In this document: positions 38,046-51,925 of the stretch, one piece after another
How positions within the stretch are numbered: position 1 is the first letter of the stretch
Layout: every line of letters begins with the position of its first letter
NCBI GenBank assembly: GCA_951406725.2
Contig: OX597817.1
Coordinates: 42,346,001-42,410,000 of the forward strand
DNA length: 64,000 bases
Direction of reading: 5' to 3'
Origin: Octopus vulgaris
Lineage: Eukaryota
Translations under genes and position numbers: made by a program
The notes under the pieces: generated by a model
Seen by the model: the letters and a program-made list of their open reading frames with translations, nothing else
What the model was told of the DNA's origin: nothing
The model's database searches: none

Positions 38046-38334
38046 ATGATCACGTGACCAACCAGTCCATCAGATGTAGTTACACATAGCTGGTCACAAT
38101 GCATTCGCATTGTTTTAGCCTTCGAATGCCGCCACCCCGCTGGCTAAGTGAGCAGACTAACGGAAGAAAGAGTGGTGAAAGAGTACAGCAGGGATCACCA
38201 CCCCCTGCCGGAGCCTCGTGGAGCTTTTAGGTGTTTTCGCTCAATAAACACTCACAACGCCCGGTCTGGGAATCGAAACCGTGATCCTACAACCGCAAGT
38301 CCACTGCTCTAACCACTGGGCCATTGCGCCTCCA
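38046..38334 (-). mobile_element. tRNA-derived SINE family F
   Basis: Minus-strand head ggaggcgcaatggcccagtggttagagc...ggtttcgattccc; head and body shared with 62279. Confidence 0.8.
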
Positions 38335-38357
38335 TATCCATGTATATAAATATACAT

Positions 38358-38739
38358 TACTCTTTTACTTGTTTCAGTCATTTGACTGTGGCCATGCTGG
38401 TGCACCGCCTTCAGTTGAGCAAATCGACCCCAGGACTTATTCTTTATAAGTCTAGTACTTATTCTATTGGTCTCTTTTGCCGAACCGCTAAGTTACAGGG
38501 ACGTAAACACACCACCATCAGTTGTCAAGCGATGTTGGGGGAACAAACACAGACACACAAACATATACATATACATATATACAACGAGCTTCTTTCAGTT
38601 TCCATCTACCAAATCCACTCACAAGGCTTTGGTCAGCCCAAGGCTATAGTAGGAGAAACTTGCCCAAGGTGCCACGCAGTGGGACTGAACCCGGAACCAT
38701 GTGGTTCGTAAGCAAGCTACTTACCAGACAGCTACTCCT
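38358..38739 (-). mobile_element. SINE family A, full length
   Basis: Family homology. Confidence 0.9.
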
Positions 38740-39299
38740 ATGCCTACGTATATATATGTATATATATATATATATACATAGATATGTATATATATTTATA
38801 TATACTTATATATATATATATATATTTATATATACTTATACATGCGTATATAATATATATATATATATTTTTTTATGTGTACATATAAAATTTAAAATTA
38901 TTTATTTATTTAACTATCATACATGTTTCTATAATAGACATTTAAGAAATGTTTAAAAAGTAAATATCTATCATTTCCTTGGAAACTTGAAATCAAAATA
39001 AATGTTTGAAATAAAAAAAAATATACAGCATCCATTGTAACAAGTTGAAAAAATTTACTGTTAGTAAATGTTTGTATCTTCAAATATTTTGATACATATT
39101 CCATTAAATGTTAATATATATACATATGTAAGAGAGACACAGCTGTGTGGTAAGAAGTTTGCTTCCAACCACTTGGTTCTGGGTTCAGTCCCACTGTGTG
39201 GTATCTTGGGTAAGTGTTTTCTACTATAGTGTGAGAGAGAGAGAGAGAGAATTCGTGTGTGTGTGTGTGTGTGTGTGTGCATGTGTGAGAGCGTGTGTG

Positions 39300-39810
39300 T
39301 ATGTGTTGTGAGAGAGCATGCACAACTGCAAACATTCCAAACCAAGCTTTCCCCATTCACTACACCAGCCATGCGCTTTCGAGCAGCACACTTAAGTTCT
39401 TCATGCAGAACATGCTCTCTCAAAGGTGTCGACCCCACTCCTTCACTTGCTTCTTTCATCTCTGGTGATGACAGGCATTGCTCTCCCAGTCAATCTCCTT
39501 CTTATCACAGACCTTTAATGAGGACATGACACAGTCCTTAAATCACAGCCTTGGTGTCTGTCGGGGTCTCTTTCCCCAAACAAGTTCCCCATATAGCATA
39601 TTCTTAGGGATCCTGCTATCCTTCATTCTAATAAGGTGTCCAGTGTTTGTGAACCATCACCTCAATACTCAAGATATCAGCTGTCCTCAGGACCTGTGTG
39701 TTTGGTGTTTTTAATGTCCAGGCAACTTTCAGAATGTGTCTGAGATATCTCTGATGAAAGCATTCAAGGACCCTTACATGACATTTGTAAAGGGTCCATG
39801 TCTCACATGA
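39300..39810 (-). mobile_element. Decayed BovB-like RTE LINE ORF fragment
   Basis: Minus strand NAFHQRYLRHILKVAW...GHLIRMKDSRIPKNMLYGELVWGKRP..PRL*FKDCV. Confidence 0.8.
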
Positions 39811-39835
39811 GTAAAGGATCTATGTCTCACATGAG

Positions 39836-39868
<33 letters not shown>

Positions 39869-40162
39869 TATTCATGATCAGAGGTGTTCATAAACTCAGG
39901 TACAACTGTATTAAATGAATATGAGAAAGACATGAGATAAAGCACGATTTATTCATATCAGGGGTGTTCGAAAACCGAGGTACTACTGTACTAGGCTTAC
40001 AAAAAGTAAGTCCTGGGGTTGATTTGTATGACTAAAGGTGATGCTCTAGCATGGCCACAGTCAAATGACTGAAACAAGTTAAAGAATAAAAGAATTAAAT
40101 GTTCTTACGTTTATATATTTTTTATGCAAGATTCTTGATGTGAAATCGTGTGTTGAAACAGA

Positions 40163-40268
40163 TATTGTTGTATTTGGGGATGGTCATGTTGCCAGTTTAG
40201 CCAATGAAATAGTGCATGTGTTTTTATTGGCTAAACTGGCGACATGACCACCCCCAAATACAACAATA
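40163..40268. repeat. Foldback inverted repeat, ~46-bp arms
   Basis: tattgttgtatttggggatggtcatgttgccagtttagccaatgaaa versus tttattggctaaactggcgacatgaccacccccaaatacaacaata. Confidence 0.85.
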
Positions 40269-40946
40269 ATTAAATGTTCATTTTTCTGATTTGAAAAAAC
40301 GTTGATTGAAAAATTTCTACTGAATGTTATTTCAGCAACTTTACATAATGAATATAAAAGGAATGTTGAATAAAAGGAATATTCAATACAGTTATGTGTT
40401 AGTGTGTACATATGTGTATGTGTGTGTGTGTGTGTGGAGGGGAGAGTGTAAATGTAAGTGTGTTTTAAGCATTTTACAAGAAAATGTATCCCAATTTTGG
40501 TCAAATAAAATGCGAAGATATAAAAAGAATCCACAGTCTATTACTTTGGTGATATGGTGATGAGATAAAAGAGAGAGAATGTCTTAGAAGAACATAAAAT
40601 TTGAATTCAACAGCTTTCCAAGTAGAAAATAATGTTTTAAACAGAAGGAAAAAGAATACGCATCATATAATTGTGACTACTCTCCAGAAAGATAGGACAA
40701 GAAAATAGCATAGTTATATATTTAAATACATTTTATCCAGGTTTTTAAAGTGTTTTAAATATCCATTCATCTATCTGCATGTACACACAGACGAACATAC
40801 ACACACAATTACACAGACAAGTATACAAACACATACACATACATACTTACATATACACATACATGTACACATGCATACATACAAACATGCTCACGTATAC
40901 CCATCCATGTTATCTTAAAAATTAAATTATAGGATTTTTTCTGCTT

Positions 40947-41358
<412 letters not shown>

Positions 41359-41807
41359 TTTTAATTCTATTACTGGGAGAATTCTAAAATGCTAACTGGA
41401 GGTAGTTCTCTGGTTATCAGTTTAACAAATCAACTGCTTAAAGCAGTCAGAATGTCTACTGTGGTAAAACAGTGATGAAACAATCCATAATAAGCTATGG
41501 AATGCCATTAGTGTTAAAATTTAACAACATTTATTTTGAAGAGTCAAAAATGTTCAAATAACTTTATGGAAAAACATTATGCAACAAAAAGAGGAAAAAA
41601 AAGCCATCTTTGAAAATATATGAACTTTTGATAGTTTGATTCTTCTGGGGGTTTTATCATTTTTTTTTTAAAGTTTTTTCTTTTCTTTTTTTGTGTTTTA
41701 TTTTGATCCTGTAAAGAGAGAATTAAAACAATTGTAAAAATTAATGTTAAAACATAGGTGATAACAACTGCAATTTGGTGACTTTTATTTCTATTTTAAA
41801 AATTATA

Positions 41808-42197
41808 AATAATAATGATGGTGGTGGTGGTGGTGGCAACAATGGTGACGATGATGATGATGGTGGTGGTGGTGGTGGTAGTAATAGTAGTGCTGGTAGT
41901 AGTAGTAATAGTAGTGATGGTGGTAGTAGTAGTAGTAGTAATAGTAGTGGTGGTGGTGGTAGTTGTAATAGTAGTGGTGGTGGTAGTAATAGTAGTGGTG
42001 GTGGTAGTAATAGTAGTGGTGCTGGTAGTTAGTAGTAGTAATAGTAGTGGTGGTTGTAGTAGTAGTAGTAGTAATAGTAGTGATGGTGGTAGTAGTAGTA
42101 GTAGTAGTAATAGTAGTGATGGTGGTAGTAGTTGTAATAGTAGTGGTGGTGGTAGTAATAGTAGTGGTGCTGGTAGTTAGTAGTAGTAATAGTAGTA

Positions 42198-42230
<33 letters not shown>

Positions 42231-42310
42231 ATAGTAGTGATGGTGGTAGTAGTTGTAATAGTAGTGGTGGTGGTAGTAACGGTAGTGGTGCTGGTAGTTA
42301 GTAGTAGTAA

Positions 42311-42372
<62 letters not shown>

Positions 42373-42374
42373 AT

Positions 42375-42422
<48 letters not shown>

Positions 42423-42478
42423 TTGGTAGTAGTAGTAGTAATAGTAGTAGTGTTAGTAGTAGTAGCAGCAGCAGTAGT
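41808..42478. repeat. (GGT/AGT/AAT)n tract with higher-order 120-150 bp units
   Basis: Marker ggtgctggtagttagtagtagtaat recurs at ~42018, ~42166 and ~42287. Confidence 0.9.
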
Positions 42479-42854
42479 GTTTCGTTTTACACACCCACAC
42501 ATACAAGCACACACTCACCTGACACACTCACACTCACTTGCTCTTTTTAATGTCAGAATCTTACCTTAATGAGCAAAGCAGCCTACCAAAATTGTTATCT
42601 TTCTCAAATATTATTCAACTTCATCTGTCACACCATTTAATTATAACCAATTTTTTTCTTCCCTTTCTGTTTTCTTTTTATTTTTTATATTTTTTTTTTA
42701 ATTTTCTTTTGTTCATTTCTTGATTTTTCACATAATTTCTTTTCTCGATCTTTCAATAAACTAATTCCCATGCTTTAAATTAAATGGAAGATAATATTTC
42801 AAAAGATACTTCTTGTTTCTATTTCATATATACATCTATATAGCTATCTATACA

Positions 42855-42970
<116 letters not shown>

Positions 42971-43062
42971 GATAGATAGGTAGATAGATAGATAGATAGG
43001 CAGATTGATAGATAGATAGATAAATAGGTATATGTATATATGTTTATATATGTAAATGTATG

Positions 43063-43108
<46 letters not shown>

Positions 43109-44339
43109 TATGGGTCTGTGTATGTGTGTAAAATAAAGGATGCATTTGTGTTTTTAGGGGAAAATGAACACGCAAGTAAATTACATCACTGGAGACATCT
43201 CGGTGTCATCATTAATTGCATGTTTCATCATTTAGGTTGCTGGAGTTCGTCTATATCTGTTACATTATGTTTCAAGCATACACTGCGTGTGTGTGTGTGA
43301 AAGGCAGTTGTAATATGCTGCAAGTGTCAGAGTAAATATAATTTTCCTTCTAATAGCTAAATCAAAATTTATAAAATACACATTTCTTCACTAAATTTTC
43401 TCTCTCTCGCTCATATAACACATACACACACACACACATGTACACACATATATAGACAACATCATCACCATCAGGAGCAGCAGCAGTAGTGTTGTTTAAA
43501 CATATAATTTTCCATGTTTGTGTAAGTCAGATGAAATTGAGTGAAGCAGTTTTCCGCAACCGGATGCTCTTCCTGTCACCAACTTTTACCTATTCCCAGC
43601 CTCTCCCTTTTGCTCCCAGTCCTCTGATCATGAGCAACACAATGGCCTGACAAGTTTTCACTGAAGGCTACAAACAAACCACACCAAATTTTATGATGTT
43701 ATGGCAGTGGCATTCATTTACTATAAGCACACAATGTCATAGCAAGGAGACACAACTGCACACACATGAACACACACACACATACAATGCGCACACGCAT
43801 ACAACATACACACCACACACACACACACACACACACATGCAACACGCACATATACACACATACACACACTAACACACACATACATGCACTGACACACTCA
43901 TACCCTCATACACTCATAAATACACCCATGCATTCACACATATACATACGTACATACATACATGCATGGATGCATACATTCATACATATACAAATAATAC
44001 ATAGCATACGTACATGTATATACAAATACAAACAAACAAACATACATACATACATGCATTCATACATTGATACATACATACATACATTCATACATACATA
44101 TACAAATACATACATACATTCATAAATTCATTCGTTCATTCATTCACACCGGAAGCTCCAATAGGAACAAATGGTGAACACACAGAACGACTGTTAGTGT
44201 GCCATGTCTCCAAAACATGTACCAAGAGTGATAAAAATCCTGATGGTGATGATGTCTATATATGTGTGTACATGTGTGTGTGTGTATATGTGTTATATGA
44301 GCGAGAGAGAGAAAATTTAGTGAAGAAATGTGTATTTTA

Positions 44340-44931
44340 TAAATTTTATGGTGCTTGGAGTAATCACTAGTGATGATGACATTATGCATCCATTCATCTT
44401 CCCACATGGCCTCACACACAACATGGAGACCTACATCAAGTGTATGGAGGAGATACTGCTGCCCTGGATCAAGAGAGTGGCTGCAGGAAGACACTATGTC
44501 TTGCAACAGGACTCTGCACCATGCACACAATCAGGAGAACCTAGTCATGGTTGTAAGACAATTTCTGTGACCACATCAACCCTAACATCTGGCCACCTCA
44601 CTCCTCAGATTGCAACCCCTTGATTGTTATGTGTAGGGCACAGTTGAGCGAGAGACCAACAAAACTCCTCGTAACACAAAAGATGAACTGAAGGCAAGGA
44701 TTATGGCAGCATTCACCAACTTAAACAAGGAGACCATCCAGAAGAGTTGCAGGAGATTCTGAAGTCGTCCAGAGGCCATGGTTGAATCCAATGGCGATTT
44801 TATTGAATAAATTTACTCTTTAGTATTTCAAGATATTTTTATGTAATTTTAGTAAATATAACTAAGCGAGATGTCAGTGTTATTTTCATTTTTGAATAAT
44901 TTAGACAACAATATATTCACTGCACCTTGTA
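44340..44931 (+). mobile_element. maT (DD37D) Tc1/mariner transposon, 3' half
   Basis: MVLGVITSD..YVLQQDSAP(C)..WPPHSSDCNPLD with 37 residues between the last two Asp after allowing one frameshift; terminus cactgcaccttgTA. Confidence 0.8.
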
Positions 44932-45789
44932 CATACATATAAAAATACCCTGTTGGTGTTGTTGAAATTCCAGTTAAGAACCCTAGGAAGCCACCTCTTT
45001 CTCTATTGCCAAGAAATCTTGAAATAAAACTGAATACATACATACATAAAAACACACACACAAACACACACACATACATACATACATACATACATACATA
45101 CATACATACATACATAAATTCATATGTACATACATACAAACATACATACATGAGCTAATAGAATTTAGCATATAGATTATGAGCTAGTAGCACTTGTCAA
45201 TCTCATGAGACATCTACTGAGTCAATCTGCTGAGCCATTCTGCTTCATGTCAATGAAAATTGATCATTAATTGATAAATCCACTAAGTCTTCAATTAGTG
45301 ATATCAATTTCATATGATTTACCATAAACCGGTGCATGGTGCAAAACTGTGAGAAGGTGCTTGGAAAGTAACATCATTGCTTTCAATAAAGTTCTTAACA
45401 GTAAAGAATTATTAATGTTTGGCACGTAAAAACAAGTCTTCAGAAAAGGTGGCATTACAGAAACCACATTGGGGTAAGTGCTGAAGAGAGAAAAAGATTA
45501 AAGGTCACTGAGTAGTCGATCATGTATAATCTATCCCATTGAGTTTGAGATGGAATTGAGTTGGCAGCTGGTAACTAGGCAACAAACAGGTAGTTGTCAG
45601 TAAGGTAAGCAACATCCAACCATGCAACAGAATAGACAAATGACAACCAGCTTGCCATTAAAGGCGACAACCAGCTTGCCATTAAAGGCGACAACCAACT
45701 TCAGGTAGGAGTCATTTTGGTGCTGCCTATTTGGCACCGTTGATGCAATGCAAACTTATTTGACAATAGACGTTTTAATGTCTTGCTCA

Positions 45790-46125
45790 TTCTCCTCTCC
45801 CTCTCTCTCTCTCCCTCTCTCCCTCCCCCTCTCTCCCTTCTCTCTCGCTCTCTCTTGTTCTACCTCTCTCTCGCTCTCTCTCTCTCCCTCCCGCCCTCTT
45901 TCCCTCCCTCTCTCTCTCCCTCCATCTCTCTCCCTCCCTTTCTCCCTTCTCTCTCCCTCTCTCTTGTTCTCCCTCTCTCTTGTTCTCCCTCTCTCTCTCA
46001 CTCTCACTCTCTCCCCTCTCTCTTTCACTCTCTCCCCTCTCTCTTTCACTCTCTCCCCCTCTCTCTTTCACTCTCTCCCCTCTCTCTCTCACTCTCACTA
46101 TCACTCTCTCCCCCCTCTCTCTCTT
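45790..46125. repeat. CT-rich low-complexity tract
   Basis: Direct reading. Confidence 0.92.
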
Positions 46126-46592
46126 AGCCTTTCTATCCATATGTGGATTTTTCTGCACATGCATACATGCATGTTTATTCACATGCATGCATCAATGTTT
46201 ATGTGTATGTATATGTTTATGTGTATGTGTGTGCATGTATGCTTGTGAATCTATGTGTATGCATGCACATGTATGTGTATGCTTGCACATGTATGTGCAT
46301 GTGTACATGTGCATATATGTGCTCAACTATGTATGCCTATATGTATGTTTATATATTTGTGTATGTGTGTGTATGTATGTTTGTGAACATATGTATATGC
46401 ATGCACATGTATGTGCATGTGTACATGTGCATATATGTGCTCAACTATGTCTATATGTATGTGTATATATTTACGTGTATGTGTGTCTATGTATGTTTGT
46501 GAACGTATGTATATGCGTGCACATGTATGTGTATGTGTACATGTGTGTGTATATGTGTATATGTTTGAGCATGTATTTCTATATGTGTGTGT

Positions 46593-46845
46593 CATCATCA
46601 TTATCATCGTTGTTTAACGTCCGTTTTCCATGCTAGCATGGGTTGGACGGTTCGACAGGGGTCTGGGAAGCCAGGAGGCTACCCCATGCTCCAGTCTGAT
46701 CTGGCAATGTTTCTACAGCTCTATGCCCTTCCTAACACCAACCACTCTGTGAGTGTAGGGGGTGCTTTTTACGTGCCACCGGCACAGGTGCCAGGGGAGG
46801 CTAGCAACGGCCACGATCTGTTGGTGCTTTTTACATGCCACCGGA
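46593..46845 (-). mobile_element. RTE 3' UTR fragment (variant subfamily as at 11577)
   Basis: Family homology. Confidence 0.8.
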
Positions 46846-47010
46846 ACGGAACGTGCCATATTTCTGTATGTGTGTGCAAGTGTGTGTGTGTGTGTTTGCC
46901 TCTAGTGCCAAAAAGTATTGTCCCCAAAACAGACTGAATGTCCAGCCATGCCAAATCTTCTGTGTCCAGCATTCAAGCAGCTGTGCTCAGTCATCTCATT
47001 CTAACTTCTA

Positions 47011-47681
47011 TTACTCTTTACTCTCTCTTTTACTCTTTTACTTGTTTCAGTCATTTGACTGCAGCCATGCTGGAGCACCACCTTTATAGTCGAGCAAATC
47101 AACCCCAGAGCTTATTCTCGGTCTCTTTTGCCAAACTGCTAAGTTACGGGGACGTAAACACACCAGCATCAGTTGTCAAGCAATGCTGGGGGAACAGACA
47201 CGCAAACATATACACACACATATACATATATATATATATATGCACCTTTGCCGCTGGAATGTGTAAAAAGATTTGAGCGAGGTCATTGCCAGAGCCGCCT
47301 GACTGGCCCCCATGCCGGTGGCATGTAAAAAGCACCCACTACACTCTCAGAGTGGTTGGCGTTAGGAAGGGCATCCAGCTGTAGAAACTCTGCCAGATCA
47401 AGATTGGAGCCTGGTGCAGCCATCTGGTTCACCAGCCCTCAGTCAAAATCGTCCAACCCATGCTAACATGGAAATCAGACGTTAAACGATGATGATGATG
47501 ATGATGATATATATATACATATATATGATGGGCTTCTTCCAGTTTCCGTCTACCAAATCCACTCATAAGGCTTTAGTCGGCCTGAGGCTATAGTAGAAGA
47601 CACTTGCCCAAGGTGCCACACAGTGGGACTGAACCTGTGACTATGTGGTTGGTAAGCAAGCTACTTACCACACAGTCACTT
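47011..47681 (-). mobile_element. SINE family A with an RTE 3' UTR (+, ~47244-47507) nested in its microsatellite
   Basis: Both SINE halves present; the insert ends gttaaacgatgatgatg. Confidence 0.85.
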
Positions 47682-48017
47682 CACAAAATTAAATTCAGTT
47701 ACAATAACATTAGTATCACAAAGAAATTTGAAAAAATGTTTTGTTTTATTGGAAACCACTAAAATAAGTATTTGTTTCCGCAATCAATATATAAATGTCC
47801 AGTCATTATGTCTGTTGCAGCGACTTATTTAATTTACATAATTGAATTTGATGTAATAAAACTTTTGAAAGAAATACTTAAAGTTAGGTTACTTTTGGCA
47901 AGAAGAATATTAAATTTTAGAAAATATGAATGATGGTTTCATGTCCAGTCTATGTAAAATATCTAGAGTTAAGGTATGCTAATGGAACTAACTCAAGTGG
48001 ACCAATTCGAATATATA

Positions 48018-48234
48018 CGAGGAGGTGCTGAAAAGTTCCTGTCTTTGGGCAAAAGAAAATACAAGAGGATCAGTTAATTATGATTTTATTCATTATATTA
48101 CCCTCTCAGAATCACACACTTATTGTGGTGGTCTTTCAGTTTTTCTAAGCCTTGTAAAAGAACACAGAAGGTTGGGTCTCCAGCCAGGCCTTTTGTGATA
48201 CCCTTAAGGTCAAGTACTTTTCAGCAACCACTCA
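48018..48234. mobile_element. mariner-type MITE
   Basis: TA-CGAGGAGGTGCTGAAAAGT ... ACTTTTCAGCAACCACTCA-TA. Confidence 0.7.
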
Positions 48235-48434
48235 TAGTAATGTACACAAAAATATGAATCAATAGAAATTTTGCTGCTTTGTGTGAGAAAGAAAACAAAA
48301 ACCTAATGGCAATTGGTAGTGACCGTCAAAGGTGATACTTTCAATAAATTGATAATTGATTTTACAGAAAATAACATCTTCCTATTTGTGAAAGGCACTC
48401 TTGAGGAAACTGATGGTGTTTGACTGAAATGGAC

Positions 48435-48830
48435 CGTGGCTGTGTAGTAAGTAGCTTGCTACCAATTACATGATTCTGGGTTCAGTCCCACTGCGTGGTA
48501 CCTTGGGCAAGTGTCTTCTACTATAGCCTCGGGCCAACCAAAGCCTTGTGAGTGGATTTGGTAGACAGAAACTGAAAAAAGCCTGTCGTATATATGTATA
48601 TATATATATATGTATGTGTGTGTATGTTTGTGTGTCTGTGTTTGTTCTCCCAACATTGCTTGACAAACGATGCTGGTGTGTTTGCCTCCCCGTAACTTAG
48701 CGGTTTGGCAAAAGAGACTGATAGAATAAGTACTAGACTTACAAAGAATAAGTCCTGGGGTCGATTTGTTCAACTAAAGACAGTGCTCCAGCATGGCCAC
48801 AGTCACATGACTGAAACAAGTAAAAGAGTA
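48435..48830 (+). mobile_element. SINE family A
   Basis: Family homology. Confidence 0.9.
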
Positions 48831-49069
48831 AGCCTGAAATGCAGTTTTTTTGTGAACAGTTAAGGAAGAACTAAAACAGACTGACCATGCTCACAGAAGC
48901 TTGTTGCTTTATATGACTTACAAATTGTAATATCTCTTGCTCTTTCTATCTCTCTGTATGTTTTTCTACACATGCATGTGTATGTGTGTAATTTTTCAGC
49001 TGATGTTTTGAAACTGACTTATTTTTCATTACATTTCAGACAGATTCAGTGCTGAGTTGCTGAAGCCAA

Positions 49070-49308
49070 AATACCTATTTCTTTACTACCTACAAGGGGC
49101 TAAACACAGAGAGGACAAACAAGGACAGACAAACGGATTAAGTCGATTACATCGAGCCCCAGTGCGTAACTGGTACTTAATTTATCGACACCGAAAAGAT
49201 GAAAGACAAAGTCGACCTCGACGGAATTTGAACTCAGAATGTAATGGCAGATGAAATACGGCTATGCATTTCGCCTAGCATGCTAATGTTTCTGCCAGCT
49301 CGCTGCCT
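49070..49308 (-). mobile_element. SINE family B
   Basis: Family homology. Confidence 0.9.
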
Positions 49309-49549
49309 TAAATACCATTAAAGCAAATATTCAGCACAAAACCACAGATCTGCATGTCAGTTGCTGGACCATAACCATTTGAGTATGTCTCTTAGTGGCT
49401 GACAATATGTACATCTCTGATCATGAGCAGGAGTAGTTGGAGAGCATCACAGCCATATGTTGAGAGGGATTCTTTGGAGTTTCAATAAATGTAACATAAG
49501 TAAATTTTGAAGGAAATATTAGCCATTTTTCATAGTTTCTAGGGGTAAA

Positions 49550-49906
49550 TCATCATCATCATCATCATTTAACGTCCACTTTCCATGCTAGCATGGGCTG
49601 GACGATTTTGACTGAGGGCTGGCAAACCAGATGGCTGCACCAGGCTCCCATCTTGATGTGGCAGAGTTTCTACAGCTGGATGCCCTTCCTAACGCCAACC
49701 ACTCCGAGAGTGTAGTGGGTGCTTTTTACGTCCCACTGGCACAGGTGCCAGTAAGGCGACGTTGGTAACGATCACGCTCGAATGGTGCCCTTTTACGTGC
49801 CAACGGCACGGAAGCCAGTTGACTGCTCTGGCAATGATCATGCTCGGATGGTGCTCTTGGCACCCTACTAGCATGGGCACAAGTGCCAGTAAGGCAACGC
49901 TGGTAA
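49550..49906 (-). mobile_element. RTE 3' UTR fragment
   Basis: Family homology. Confidence 0.85.
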
Positions 49907-50331
49907 CCCAAGTACAAAAATTGTGTTACACAATGTTATCAATGTTATGGACTCTCAATTGCAAGATCACATTTTGATTCCCAAACCAGCTGTGTATTGT
50001 ATTCTTCAGCAAATTATTCTGTTTTATGTTGCTCCAGTCCACTCATCTGTAAATGGGTGACCTTGCGATGGATTGGAACACATGGGTGAAATGGGGACTT
50101 GGGGAAAAATCACCTGAATGGAGGTCTCATGAGCCATATTTTGTATTCGGCAATTGAAAGGACGAATAGTGCAACCCATACTGAAAATCTTGACTGGTTG
50201 GGATTGGTTATTCAGCCACACTGAGGAATGATGGTGATGATGAATAACTTCTAAGGTTATAACATCAAATTTTGCCAGGCTAAATAATGCTTAATCCATT
50301 GTCTCAAAAAAAAAAAAATAGATCTTTTTTG

Positions 50332-50551
50332 TGGCCATTGCCAGTACCGCCTGACTGGCCCTCGTGCCAGTGGCATGTAAAAGCACCCACTACACTCTTG
50401 GAGTGGTTGGCATTAGGAAGGGCATCCAGCTGTAGAAACTCTGCCTGATCAAGATTGGAGCCTGGTGCAGCCATCTGGTTCACCAGTCCTCAATCAAATC
50501 GTCCAACCCATGCTAGCATGGAAAGCGGACGTTAAACGATGATGATGATGA
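50332..50551 (+). mobile_element. RTE 3' UTR fragment
   Basis: Family homology; (GAT)n tail. Confidence 0.85.
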
Positions 50552-51529
50552 TACTCAACCAAAGAGTTGATAGTTCTTAACTGGAGCTACCTGTGCTGAT
50601 TCTGGAGCTGAAACAGTTAACTTTTGCTGTGAACAGATGCTATTCTGGGTGTAGTGTTCAACTATCAATAGTGGGAACACTGTATAATTGATGAGTGTTT
50701 TGTTAACTTGCACTGGCTGAGCTTAAATTCTATCATTGATATTTGTAGTAGAGACACTTTCCTGAAATCAATAGAGCTAATTACTTGTTGATGAATGCAT
50801 CTGATTAGGAAAACAATCAAGCAATTGATCAAGTGTATCATATATGCATGAGATAGGTATTGATTATTCATTTATTCACTTATTTTGTATTTTTGTTCAT
50901 AAAAACAGTATTTGTTACTGATTTTCAATGGGCCTGTCACTTGGCTCACTGCACTTCTGATGTGTGACAGATGACGAATCATGCAAGTGAGAGGGAGTGT
51001 GAGACTGTTACATTATGGTTGTTGATAATGAGATTGAATAGAAACAACATAACCAAGGGAATAATAGAGGAGTGTTCAGAGTATATGTTCTGTGGTGCAT
51101 AACAAATATGACAAGGGCTTCACTCAAAGAACTCCATGAATTTTGGTTTTCTCTGAGAGTTTTTCTTTCATTGTTTAGCATTTTCAGGCCATTGTGTTGT
51201 TCATACCCAAAGAACTAGGGATAATATTGATTTCAAAAATTTTGGCACAAGGCCAGCAATTTCAGCTGATTATATGCCCTCAGTGCTCAACTGGCCCTTA
51301 TTTCATTGAAAGAATGAAAGGCAAAGATAACCGCAGCAAAATTTGAATTTAAACTGTACAGATGGATGAAATGTTGCCAAGAATTTTGCTAGCTTGCTGA
51401 GTTATTACTAAGGAGTTAACATTACCTTACCAGGAGACAGATGAGTATTTGTGATAGGAAGGGCATTCAACCATAAAAAAACCTGCCTCATCAAATTTAT
51501 ATGAAACCCATGCAAGTATGGAAAATCTT

Positions 51530-51925
51530 TTCTCTTTTATTATCTTTTACTTTTTTTCAGTCATCAGACAGAGGCCATGCTGGAGCATGGCTTTGAAGAA
51601 CTTTTCGTTGAATGAATCAACCTCAATACTTTATTTTTTTAAGCCAGGGACTTATTTTACCGAACTGCTAAGTTATATGGATGTAAACATACCAGCACTA
51701 GTCATCAAGCAGTGGGGGGCGGGACAAACTCAGACACAAAGACACGCACACACATATATGTGAATCTTCTTTCGTTTTCTGTCTACCAAATCTGCTCACA
51801 AGATTTTGCTTGGCCCAAAGTTATAGTAGAAGAGATTTGCCCAAAGTACCACTCAGTAGGACTGAACCCAGAACCATGTGGTTGGGAAGCAAGCTTCTTA
51901 CCACACAACCATACAGCCATACCTG
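51530..51925 (-). mobile_element. Older SINE family A copy
   Basis: Diverged family homology. Confidence 0.75.

Noticed and set aside
39877-39989. Two ~33-bp direct repeats ending actgta
   Set aside because: Probably orphan Tigger-like TIR ends; no opposite end was found, too little to call an element
45642-45697. 24-bp tandem duplication gacaaccagcttgccattaaaggc
   Set aside because: A simple local duplication with no further structure
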